Assembly: GCA_051362555.1 (NCBI GenBank)
Contig: CM120641.1
Span: 6,820,001 to 6,884,000, forward strand
Direction: 5' to 3'
Length of the DNA stretch: 64,000 nt
From: Lingula anatina
Taxonomy: Eukaryota > Animalia > Brachiopoda
The position numbers and the translations under genes are program-made. The notes below the pieces were generated by a model that had not been told where the DNA came from, made no database searches, and saw only the letters and a program-made list of their open reading frames with translations. Positions 30,606-48,919 of this stretch are shown piece after piece. Position 1 is the first letter of the stretch, and the number at the start of each line of letters is the position of its first letter.

Positions 30606-31769
30606 GATCAAATTGAGAGTGGTAGACCCAAACGATATTGAGAGCGTTCTTAGTATTTACTTATCGTTATTGACATAACAGCTTAATTCTTGCTTACTGT
30701 CAATTGATTAAGCGTCATTATTTTAAGTGAAATGTTAAACGGTTCATTTTGATTGATATTACTCGCCGTTACTGTGTACAATACGAATAAAATGGTTTGG
30801 CATGTAGAGATACATATATAATCAGTGGGCTCTGATTGTAGATATATGTAAAAGCATATCAGCAAACAATACTGACCTCATTTACTGTGAAGTATTTGCT
30901 GAAGTAACACACGTTTGATTTCAAAAAGGTGCCTTTGCCATAACTTATCGTAGCTATCGCTTTTTATCTATATAGGGACATCACCGCCGTACGTCTGTCC
31001 GCGCCATCAAGCGTTGCTTGTTATCATGATTATCTTAGGACACTGTTACTTTTCTATCTGAAAATTTGGGAAATTTCTACTGGGTTTCATTATTGTTCAG
31101 GTTCTGGAATGAACCCATCAGTCTTTTCCCAAACCATCTATTTTACTTTCAAGTTTCATTGCATGTATAAAACTAGCAACTGGAAAACTGATACGATTTT
31201 TCTTTTCTTAAGCTATGCTTGCTGATAGCAACAAGTTCATAAATGCAGGACAGAATCGGCTCCTCAGTTTATTAGAGAAATAGTTTCAATCCATTCACCA
31301 GCCAATGGAGTAGAAAAAAAGAGGGCGCGGTCAGCACTACTGGTAAACAGAATGGTAAAAATAAAAATATCCCAATATTTGTTCAATTTTATTTTCTATT
31401 TCTCTTCCAGGAACCACCAATTGCAGTGTTTTTGAAATCGAATCGGTCTCATTGCTTTCAAATTGTGAGTCGCACGAAAGACAGTGCTTAGTGACCCTCC
31501 ACTTAAGCGCACGACACGAGGCAGTCTGTTGATATATTGGTCACAATAACATCCATGAATATCCACGCTCTAGCTGTCACGTAACGAATGAACTCAACCA
31601 GCTGCGTCTTATGTTAGAAAGGACGTGTGATGGCGTATTGAGCCCCACTTCGGTCTATGCAGCAATAGCCGTGAATGAGAGAGGAAACACAGATCTGCGG
31701 TGGAAAGCAAAAGGGTTCTGCAGAGCGTTATAAAGCGGGCTGTTTGCTTTACCTGTGATTATTGTCGTC

Positions 31770-32805
31770 ATGTTAGACGACAAAGGTAGTCCCCTGGTCA
31801 ATAATAACACGCAGAAGTCGAATAGGAATGTTACCGTTTTGAGGGACGCTGGAGTTTATCTAAGTGCAGTAAGAATGAGGTTGGAGGGTCTAGGAAAGAA
31901 GACACTGAGGAAATTCACTTTCTTTGCAGGTGAGAGAGAGAACCTTGAGAGATACATAAGAAAAATATGGCCTCGATGCCTAACTGTTCATTTCTTTCAT
32001 AGGGTCCATGAGTAGGTACATATATTATTACTGGGTTGGACATTATCTGTCAACTGCCTTATTAACTCGCCACTCGAGTGATTAACAAGGAAGCACCACA
32101 CATCCACATTTATATATGTATGTATAGGAGGCTAACAAGATGTCGCTAGGTGTATCTAAACTAACAAAAACCTACCGCCCTGATAATGATCGGTAGAGGC
32201 AGCTGACTAATCACATTACCAATCGTGACTGACATGGTTCCAAACCTCTACTTGCCGTTGATAATCGCTCAGTTGGGGCCAGTAGCAATGAAATAGGCCT
32301 ATACATTTTGACACGCAGATACCGGTATATGTTGAAAAATATGAAATGTATATAAAGGCATCTGAATTTAAACTTAAATTGTGCAATGGATTTGAACGCA
32401 TGACAAAGGTATAACCTGGTGACATAACCGTGTGTTTGGATAACAAGATGCATAATAACACAGGTAAAACCAGGAGGTACTGCTAGGCCTACTACGGTTC
32501 GGGGGGGGGGGGGGTGGGGGGGGGGGGGGGGGGGGGGGGGGTACATACGGGATATTAACTAAAAGCTGGTCGGTTGGAAACACTTAAAGATGACATAGCT
32601 GTAATGGTCACTCCAGTTGTTTTGTCATATTCATTCTCCGTGGTGTCAAATGACTGCCATGCAGGTATCAGGCCCGTAGCCAGAAATTTCAAAAGGGGGG
32701 TTCTTTTTCTGAAAAAATTGTGGACCTTTTTCCATAAAAACTTCATCAAACTTTACCCGGAGTGGACCTTTTCCCTGCAAAAGGGATGGTTCTTTCGAGC
32801 CCCCG

Positions 32806-32847
<42 letters not shown>

Positions 32848-35800
32848 CTACGGGTCTGGGTATGCTGATCATATTACCTGTATGGTAAATTAAAATATAA
32901 AATATAAAAAGGGCACAGTTCGACTGTAGGAGTATTTGTGCAAATATCATAAGACGGATACGAAACGAGACTATATTCAGTAGTCGTATTTCAGTGTTGA
33001 TATGTATAGGACCTACAGTGGATGATGCTGACTGAAATCTATAAGCACTTGGTTGATTTTTATTGATCTTGGGGCACTGGGAATGTGTAGACCTATCATG
33101 TGATCACATGCTTTATATATTCGCCATATATATAATCTAAAAATAAAGCTTCATTATATATATATTCTGTTACACATATATGGAACGCATATAAAACAGT
33201 GGTGGATTAAGGGGGTGTCAGGGGGTCCTGACCCCCCTTCGATTTCTGAAAAAAATCACACCAAATAAAATTAGAATTTTGCCTAGCTTAATCATAGTTT
33301 TAACCCGTTATAACTGGCACTGTTCGCCCTCTAAAATACCAAATATTTTCGAGTCCTTCGGCGGGCCCCAAACTCGTCAAACCCCACACCACCGGGGGCA
33401 GGGGGATGGGTCGTGTTCGCATCAGCGGACCCCCCCCTTCAAATAATCCTGGATCCGCCCCTGTATAAGAAAGCTTTATTTTAAGATGGTGTCAGTCCCG
33501 ATGCCAGATAGTGAAAACCACATCCTGCTAAAAGGGTGCCATATATATATATATATAACAACACCCCTGGGGTCAGCCCTAAATCTGAAGAATCTTAGAC
33601 CCCATTCCCATAGATTTTAGATCGACCTATCCCTGTGGGGAGTCTCACTAGATTACTGTCAGCTTAGCCGGCTTAAGCGTCTGTCCCGCCTAGTAAAAGC
33701 TGTAAGGGGGTAATTAACATGGTGCGCGCTCGGCTGACTGCAATTTAGCGTGAACCCCAAGGGAGTTAGGTCGATCTAAATCTGAATCTCTGGATCGATC
33801 TAAATCTTTGGGAATGCACCCGTAGGATGAAGCTTCGGGCCTCGTCTGCCTCAGTACATAGGTACATGTAACATAAAAGTAAACGGGATTTGCATTGCAG
33901 AAGTGGAAGTGTGTAGGGATGCTAGCCAGCTGTCTTGAAGATGTTGTAGAAAATTAGTCCTAGGTCGACACTTACATTTTCTACACACTAATGTTCAAAC
34001 GATCCCACACAAGCACGCGTCCACATGTTCCAAAAGTGTTACAGAGCATGTAGAACAAACAGTCTAAGAAGACGTCTGGTAACTCTAGCAACAGCAACGA
34101 TCATCGCTTTTTTGGACATTTACATTTTAACAACAAAACGTGCACGTTTTACAATGACTATTAAGTTCATCAGAGGAAGCAAAAATATTATAAAGATAAA
34201 GAAATAAATGAAAATGTCAGACAGCAATTTTCTTTATTTCCAGGATGTGCGTTCTTCATCGCCGTTCCTTCTATTCATATGGCCATCCTTCACGGGTATG
34301 TATGGACTGTATTAGTTTCAGCTGTCAGTGCAGGAAACTAAAAATAATGATGATGAGATGATGATAATAACAAATAATCGTTGAATGGTTATTTATTGTA
34401 CAATGAGTAAGTGGACCGAAACAAGCAGATTGCTATCAAAATAAATAGATGAGAAAACGCGAGTGATGTTTTGTCTACTTTAGATTTCTATGTATGTCAA
34501 TATGTATTTTGTCTAATCAACTAAGCTGTGCTGTGGATATCAATTTACTTTTAACCTTTTAATTTAGAACAATGGTTGAATCGTTACTTGAATTTCGTTA
34601 GATGTTTGTACGATCATCGCTTTTTTGGACATTTACATTTTAACAAGTAAGTACATCATGTACAAATACTTTTCTTCTAAAGCCTGTACTACGAACAAAA
34701 GAAGGCCATGCTAGACAGGGAGCACTGCACGTGTGCGTGCTGGGACACTATTTTTAAAGGTTAGTGCAGCAATATCCACGTTGAAAACTTAGGGTCTCCG
34801 AAACCAGTGGATGTTGTTCTCATAGAACCACCATACGCTTGCCGCACCTGCCGTGCAACTCGAGGCACGAGCGTAACTCTCAGTGCGACCAACAAAACAA
34901 TATCATATAATGAAATTTTGTTTGTCGCATTTCGTTGCTTCAGCGCTTTTAGTCAGTATAATTGTTTTAACATGCAAGTTGATTTGGTAGCAGCAAAGAT
35001 ATAACAGCTGTACCGATAAGCATCAGTTGCAATTTTTAAAAACAAAAATGCCTATGGATCACTTTAAATAAATATCTTTATGTAAAAATATATATATAAA
35101 ACTCTAAAGAAAGGTTTTAATGGCCAAATGTCTATAACCTAAGCTTAATATTTGAAAACTAAAGGAATGTAAAGCATAATATTATGTCGCTGATGTTGCT
35201 CACTATCATTTTACTAGGTTTCGACCTTAACCCCCATTTTTTTATTATTTCATAACGTGCTTTCTCTTTTATTCCAGGAAATTATGAAAAGCATATTGGA
35301 AGATACAAGCACATTTATTTCAATGTGACCACCAACACGTTTTTTGTTTGGGCGGGAACAGTGTTCTTGATGCTTACAATGTACGAAAGCATGCGTAAGA
35401 TCTTCAAGTTATGGGCCAAAAAGAGACTTCGTTTTTCCATGTTTGTTCTCTTTGCAATCTCAATATATCCGCACTACACATGGTGGTGGAACACTTTCAA
35501 TTTTCTGAATGACGACTTTTACAAGGAATGCGTTTGGATATTTTACTTGGAAATTACTCAGATCGTCACCACTGTTATAGTATTTGACTGGTGCGATGCA
35601 GACAAGCGCCCCGTTCCAAGAAAAATGATCACTTTGATATTTATATGCACAATGCACATATTTGTTAACAAATCGATGTTACGTATATTCACTTCAGGGA
35701 TGTCTCTCAAGCAGTGGATTGGTGGTCTAACGCCTGCCATTCCTGATATAATTTACATTGCTACCGGATTTACAATGTTTAAGAAATATGCCCATAGTCA

Positions 35801-35900
35801 GGGAAAAGTACTCAGCGATTATTTCGACCGCTTTGACGTGGTGCAAGTTATAACTTTTATTACCTTCTCTGTCATAGCTTGTGTCAGTTTGAATCCGTAA
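31770..35900 (+). CDS. Uncharacterised invertebrate multi-pass membrane protein (4 exons; ~303 aa, or 268 aa from ATG 31875)
   Basis: Exons 31770-31929, 34244-34295, 34683-34759 and 35278-35900 join in frame via GT-AG: ...KFTFFAG|CAFFIAVPSIHMAILHG|LYYEQKKAMLDREHCTCACWDTIFKG|NYEKHIGRYKHIYFNVTTNTF...PHYTWWWNTFNFLNDDFY. TATAAA at ~31728 and several hydrophobic helices. Confidence 0.8.
32500..32541. repeat. Poly-G tract
   Basis: About 40 G with one T; length may be unreliable in the assembly. Confidence 0.9.
32668..32858. mobile_element. hAT-like MITE with apparent 5-bp TSD (GGTAT)
   Basis: ggtat|caggcccgtagcc ... ggctacgggtctg|ggtat, with an internal poly-C tract. Confidence 0.75.
33197..33463. 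mobile_element. hAT-like MITE (CAG...CTG termini)
   Basis: cagtggtggattaagggggg ... aataatcctggatccgcccctg. The right end recurs inverted at ~42202 (cagaggcggatccaggattatt). Confidence 0.7.
33597..33822 (+). mobile_element. PIF/Harbinger-like MITE
   Basis: TIR-like cattcccatagattttagatcga / tcgatctaaatctttgggaatg. Interior closely similar to 42330-42549. Confidence 0.75.
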
Positions 35901-38900
35901 AAAGGGCAGCGCAGTATGATAATTCGCTAGTTTGTTCAAATGTATTGATAAAAGGCATATGGGGCAATAATTCCTCATAAAAAGTTAAATGTTTCATTGA
36001 TCTAACATTATATGATTGAAATAAGCCATGCGTGAAAACACTGATATTTCATTGATTGTAAACGAGCAAAGAGAGTGTTTAATTTAAAACTGTTGCCAGA
36101 AATTGGCATTAACTTGAGAACGAAGATTTTTGTCTACTTCGACTCATAATAAATCACCAGTAGCATAATTAAATGAAATATTGCACCAATTTTATCACAA
36201 GAAAATCAAAGCTAAAATTTTAGACCAATACGTTATATAAATGAACTAGTAAGTCATATGGTTTTATCTTGTACTGAAGCAAACCAAATTTTAAACCTCT
36301 TTTTAGAGTAAAACTGTTTCGAGAAACCGATCCCAGCTGAAATTGATCGTTATATTGTATTGAGTTTTGTTCGTGAACTCACAAAAAAGCACTAAAATCG
36401 CCTGTATTGGAGGACCCCAAAAATTTCGCCCCGTATACCTTTGATAGCGCGTCGACCTAAGTGGTAGGGCATATCAAGCATTTGCATCTCTCACCCGCAT
36501 TTCCTACACGCGTTTATCATCACAACTTCATCGCCTAGATTTACCAATTATTTACCTACAGAGAATCGCCTTATTTCCGACAAAACACTTTTTATTTATA
36601 TGCAAGTCAAGGTGTGTATTAGTTAGCTGTCCTGTGAACTTAGGCTATTTAGTTGGCAACACTAAGTTCTGTCGTTTTGATGGCACCCTTCTAGTTAATG
36701 TATGTTATGCTAGGGACTAAAGAGTAGTGTAGGAACATTAGCATTCAATGTTATATTTAAGATAAAGACATGATGATGATTATAATTATCTAGTTTATGG
36801 TGACCGTCAGTTCATTATATGTGGAAAAATGCTCAATCCCAATATAAACCTAAATACTATAGTAGGCCGCAATGTGGCTAGAAAGAAGATTCAATATACG
36901 TAAGGAACGATTACATTGAAACGATGATCATTCAGGGAAAATAAATCAATATTTGGTGATATTGCGCACACAATAGCGGCTGAAAGTTTCAAGAAGGGAG
37001 AGGAAGAATGTGTGTGTGTGTGTGTGCGCGTACGTGTGTGTGCGCGCGCATTTGTGTTGTGAGATTGGGGAGCCCTTTTGCGAAAAAAAAAGATTTTGAT
37101 CACAAACTGATGCAGAATGCAAAACTGAGTAGATGACAAGCAAACAATGCTCTTATAGGTAACAGATCGTGCCTTTTCTCACGTTTTGAGGAGGGTGTAT
37201 TTGTGTTCTTTCCTATATGTATTATGCACTTTGTCAACAAGATCAAATCATATTTGTTCAGCATTTGTTGTTCAAAATGAAAGGAAAGGACGATAATCTT
37301 CATCACAGGTATTGTGTCAGCCTAAAAGATTTAAGATGTGTGCACATGATGTTTTTATGTACGTTTGTTTTTTTGTGAGGTGAATTTTATGACTTGTGTT
37401 CAAGTTAAAGGTCTAGTCAAAATTGTACACTCAGGGTTAAAGGTGGTAAGGGTAATGGCATTAATGATTAATAAGTTTTATATGGATAGTTATATAAAGC
37501 TTAGCGTTCGGATTGAAATGTATTTGAAATCCATTAAGAGGAAATGCCGCAGGTATTGCTGTTTAGTTAAGATGTAGCATAGTGAAGTACATCTGCGTGC
37601 CTATTATCGTCATGGTTTTCGTGACGAGTGATATCGAAATGATCACTGCGCCTTAAATAACCACATTTACTTCTACAACTATAATGTTTTTTCACATAAG
37701 AACGAAACTATTTTCATCATACAAGCGCATATACTGACAAATACAACAGCATAAAACCGCATACGAAAACCTGGAAATAGAAAATGACATTTCTGTTGTG
37801 AGTTTTGTCTTTATGTGAGAATACCGTTGATTGACCATTAGTAGATTTTTAAAAAAAATCTTTCAGTATTTATACTAAGAAACTGGTAAAACTGGTTGCA
37901 ACACTGGGTTTGAAAATACGATGTCGATAGGTGAGCATGAAATAGGCAAGCATGACCGTTTGAGTTATTTTAATATTTTCAATATATTACCGAACAATAT
38001 GTAAATGTATTAGCATTATAAAAGAGGCTGTCTGCACCTTTTCCCACAAATCAAAGTAAACGTTTTTATCAGTTTGATGTAAATTGTGTGGTTAAAACGT
38101 GTTGTGTCATGCTTTGCAGCATAAGTTGATAGTTTAAAAGTCGTAAACCACGTTACCAAACGAGGTCTATTCTCGATCTTTTTCTTTCTTTTTAAATTCC
38201 AGTTTCATTTCAAAGCTAACTGTATTCGAAAAGCAAAATGTGCCCCACGACCTTAGTTTCCTTTCTATATTGCAGACGCGATACCATTAAAATCTACAAA
38301 GGACCGTCTTGCTCGTGTTAATAACTACCTGTAGGGCCAGATTAATTAATCTTCCCTAGAGGTTTCGATCTCTCTCAGTCACTATTTGTTAATGATTGTT
38401 GAGATGATGCAGCATTTGCGTCTCATGGTGTGAGAATCAAGTCATAGGTTACTATGGAAACGATTCTAGGGAGTTTTACACATGCATCCATATTGTCACA
38501 GATAAAAATGATCACACGCGATGCGTTAATTAGCACATACTGTCAGAAAACCAAGTGCATAACTTTTAAGGAATACGAGTGATTCTGCCATCAAAAGACC
38601 CAAGACTTGAATGCTTAATATTTAAGGTGAAGATAATTTACCCAAACACCTAATTGAATAGCAAACTGGCATCATTATGTGGAAAATGGTTAAACCATAT
38701 TAATTAATCATAAAGTTTATTTTCACAGCTAATAATAATAATCAATTTTTAAATATACATTTTAAATATAGGATTTTAAAGAAGTAAACTTCTCTGACCT
38801 GATTATCAAATAAATTACAATTCATATTAAGTAAAACTGAGTAAATTGAAGCCATTTTCTTAATGATTATACACCAGTTCTGACCTTTTTCAAAATATGT

Positions 38901-39009
38901 AAAATGATACATAATTTCATAGTTTTAAAGAACAATAGGCCGTTAACAACATGTTCCAGGTAAAATGCACCATATACATGAACATTATCATTTTTAACAA
39001 GTGCCCAAA

Positions 39010-45098
<6,089 letters not shown>

Positions 45099-45335
45099 AA
45101 TGGTGACAATCTAATAGGTCCACTTAATCTTTATCTGAAAGATCACTGTCATTATTTATTTATGTTGCAACCACACACACAAAAAATAATAAAAATAATA
45201 AAATAAAAATAATAATACTTTTGTGCTAGCATAGACATTGAATAGTATCTAACAAGAGGAGGTGACATTTCAGGCTGACTTGTAGTACTGTGACAGTTAA
45301 CCTTCATCCACAAGGAAATGGAACCCTACATAAAC

Positions 45336-47314
45336 CCTGAAACCGGGCCTCGGAGGCCCGGTGCACCATGAAAATCTGACTCCCCTAAAATGTGACTCCC
45401 CCTATGAAATTTTGACTCCCCCCCCCCCCCCCCCCCAAAAAAAAAAAAAAAAAAAGTTTGCAGGTAAAACTTTTCATGAAAAAAAAAAAAAGTAAAGATT
45501 TATATTTTACCATCCAAGGAATCTCCTATGAAAAAGCTATTTATATGATATTTGATTATCATTCTGACATCTTTTCTTTGAGGATACTTTATGAAGAATA
45601 TATTGAAAGTATTTGAAAGTTTGATGGTAAAAAATTGGGTGAAAAAAAAAACACATGAAAAATAAGAAAAATTAAGGATTTGTACTCTAACACCCAATGA
45701 CTCCCCTATAAAGAAGCTATTTATTTGATATTTGATGATCATTCTGACATCTTTTCTTTTAGGATACTTTATGAAGAATATATTGAAAATAATTGAAAGT
45801 TTGAATGGTAAAATACTGGGTGAAAATAATTTACGAAATTCTTCATTTTCATATGCATGGGATTTGGACTCCTATGGACTCCCATTATATTTGCTGTTGT
45901 TTTTCTCATTTTTCCCAAAGCTGAATGAAAAATGGGGATTGATGATTTTAAATGGATAATAAATTTGCATTCTTGTACCCATAGGATTTTGACTCCCTAT
46001 AGTCTTTCAAATATTTCCAATATAATCTTCATAAAGTAAAAGTTAAAGAAAGGTGTTGAAATGATCATCAAATATTAAATAGATAGCTTTTTTATAGGGG
46101 AATTATTGGGTGATAAAATGCACATTTTTAATTTTCTTATTTTTCATGTTTTTTTTTCTTTTTTTTTTGTATTTTCACCCAATATTTAACCATCAAACTT
46201 TCAAATATTTTCAATATAATCTTCATAAAGTAAAAGTAAAGATTTTGAAATGATCATCAAATATTAAATAGATAGCTTTTTCACAGGGGAGTCACTGGGT
46301 GATAAAATGCACATTTTTAATTTTCTTATTTTTCATGTTTTTTTTTTTTAGTTTTTTCACCCAATACTTTACCATCAAACTTTCAAATATTTCCAATATA
46401 ATCTTCATAAAGTAAATATAAAGGAAAGATGTAGAAATAATCATCCAATATCAAATAAATATCTTTTTCATAAGGGAGACAATGGGCGGTAAAGTGCACA
46501 TTTTAAATTTTCTTATTTTTCATGAAAATTTTCACCTGCAAACTAAAAAAAATTGCCAATGTATCCTCCATTTTACATACTACAAGATCACAGTCATATA
46601 CTCAAGTAAAATAAGATTTATGAAGTTTTGTGGAGGGGGAGTCAAATTTTCATGGGGGGAGTCAGATTTTCATTATGAAAATCTGACTGGGGGAGTCAGA
46701 TTTTCATGGGAGTCAGATTTTCATGTTACAAAGGTCCTTTGCTCGCTTTACCTCCACCTGGGTGAGTATACACTGTGTATGGAACATGCGGAAAAATCAT
46801 TTTTTTTTTCTCAAAATGGAAAGTTTCGCAAAGTCATATACTCAAGTAAAATAAGATTTATGAAGTTTTGTGGAGGGGGAGTCAAATTTTCATGGGGGGA
46901 GTCAGATTTTCATGGGAGTCAGATTTTCATGTTACAACGGTCCTTTGCTCGCTTTACCTCCACCTGGGTGAGTATACACTGTGTATGGAACATGCGGAAA
47001 AATCTTTTTTTTTTTCTCAAAATGGAAAGTTTCTCAAAGGTAGCTCAGTCTATCAGGTATGTAATAATGATAGATTTAAACTGATATCTGCATATCAGGT
47101 GACCAAGGTGACTGATTACTCATAAATAATAATTCCTCCAGGTCTTGAATCTTTCACAGGCAGATTTCATTGACCATACTGATAGTCATAGCACACATGA
47201 TATTGCTTGTGTAAAGCATTTGATAGCAAAGATATTTGAGGTTACATAGACTTATTTATCCCATGTGGAAGTAAAATTATCAAGGGACCGGGCCTCAGAG
47301 GCCCGGTTTCCAGG
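45336..47314. mobile_element. Foldback-like composite element with palindromic TIRs
   Basis: cctgaaaccgggcctcggaggcccggt at left and accgggcctcagaggcccggtttccagg at right. Long inverted arms (~45365-45830 versus ~46000-46730) are built from aaaatctgactccc subrepeats and ~180-bp units. A tandem duplication spans ~46592-46830 / 46833-47038. Confidence 0.75.
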
Positions 47315-47472
47315 AAATGGGACTAACTTTTGGAAAAGTTAATTTCTACACATGGTGTAAATTATTTCAAAACTAATTATTAATCCATTGATGGGGTATA
47401 AGTTGCTAGAGGATTACATGAAAGGACCAGGCTCAAAACCTCATGCAAACGAAGAGAGAGCAAAAGATACAT

Positions 47473-47978
47473 GGGCCGGTGTGGCGTGATAGACCCGTGC
47501 CGTGACGAAACCGTTCTGCACATGCGCATTGAGGGTAGATTGAAAGAAGTAACTTCCGGTATGACGATGTCGTCCTAAGTAGGCGTTATGTTTGCACTGA
47601 CCTATCATCTTTCAATTCATAATTCAGTGGTTTTCGTCATGAGAGAGTATGTATTTGATAATCTTATTACTACAGTATACGGGGGAATGTTGGAAGTGAG
47701 CTTTTGATCGTGACTGAACTGTTTTGCTCTGTGTGCAAAACGTGGTAGATCTAAGACTCACGCTACAATGTTCTTTCAATTCAGAGTACAGTCATTTTCA
47801 TTAAAAAGAAATTGTGTGTTTGATAATACTACAACTTTCTCTACGGGGAAACGTTGGAAATGCATGTGCAGCTACGAACTGTAAGTCAACAGACTGCTAA
47901 CCCCGCGTGAATAATCCGTCAGAACGGTTTATTCACGACGACGGTTTCTTCACGTGACACCGGGCCTGCGAGGCCCCT
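47473..47978. mobile_element. Second TIR element with related ccgggcct..aggccc end and internal ~180-bp duplication
   Basis: ggccggtgtggcgtga..cgtgacgaaaccgttctg is inverted against cagaacggtttattcacgac..tcacgtgacaccgggcc. Internal repeat tctttcaattca...tacgggg.aa.gttggaa.tg at ~47608 and ~47772. Confidence 0.55.
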
Positions 47979-48099
47979 GAAAGCTTGAGGGTTAATACTT
48001 ACAGTACAAGTAAATTCAATTATGTACTTTAAAACAGCACACTTGAAACATTATTTCCAACTATACAATATGAAACGTTTCTTTAAAGCATGCTTATAC

Positions 48100-48565
48100 C
48101 GCCCATCGTCTTGTCCACTGTCTCACCTGGCATCTGGCTTAAGTTATTGTTGTACCCGGTATGTTGTACTGGTACATGCCAGTTGCAACTGTTGCATTGC
48201 GCCAGGTGAGTGTGGGTCTGCCACAGTTAGAACGATCACGCCAGAGTTTTGACAGTGTCATTTACTTGTTTCAATGAATTCCTGATTTTTACCTTCAAAA
48301 TTTATGCATGCAAAACACAACTAAACTTCGGTTGGTTTGGGTTGGTTTGCAAACACCATTCTTCCCTGGTCAGTTCTCCCCAAGTTCCAACTCCAGGATT
48401 TGACCTCGTTTTCAGCTGCATTCCCAAAGCGCCATCTATCGTATCAAGACCGGTTATGGCGGTTTGTGCAAACACGTCTGTGTTAGTTTCGACGTGTTTT
48501 ACAACTATTTACTGTGGATACCATTTTTTCATTATGTTGCTGACTGTAAATTAATTATCTCCAGG
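48100..48565. promoter_or_regulatory. Probable bidirectional promoter and first non-coding exons of RNLS (-) and MIS18BP1 (+)
   Basis: Minus-strand donor (gcg|gtataa) near 48099 and plus-strand donor agg|gtaagt at 48565 flank a CpG-richer segment with YY1-like cgccatct/atggcgg. The RNLS acceptor is at ~45134 and the MIS18BP1 acceptor at 48920. Confidence 0.55.
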
Positions 48566-48919
48566 GTAAGTGTAGTGTATGGAATTTACGTTCTGTGCAC
48601 TGGCGTTGCATTTTATAACTTTCTCACCCTTATAATAATTTAACTTTTCAATTTTCAACAAACTTGATTTAAACTGGTTTAGTTCGTAAATAAGAGAATA
48701 TTGTGTTCCTTGGATTGCGTCTAGTAAAGACCTTGCAAGTCACTTTTTCCGTATCCTCTACAGTTCATTTAACCGAAATTTGGACTATTAATGTTGAGAA
48801 ATTTAATTATGTCAGGAATTCATTTCCACATTGGATCACAAGAAATTTCATATATATCCTGTTGTAAAACCCTTTACCTTTACTGTTTTACGTCTAATGC
48901 CAATATTAAATTATTCCAG

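Noticed and set aside
32211-32950. Poly-Pro and poly-Gly ORFs
   Set aside because: They arise from homopolymer G/C tracts and a MITE.
34025-34207. 60-aa ORF as first exon of the membrane-protein gene
   Set aside because: No suitable donor; exon 31770-31929 supplies a TATA box, a consensus donor and the correct phase.
36443-36480. tRNA A-box-like sequence (acctaagtggtagggca)
   Set aside because: No B-box or cloverleaf; at most a decayed SINE fragment.
46482-47125. 200-aa ORF with internal repeat
   Set aside because: It lies entirely in the duplicated end of the foldback element and has no recognisable domain.
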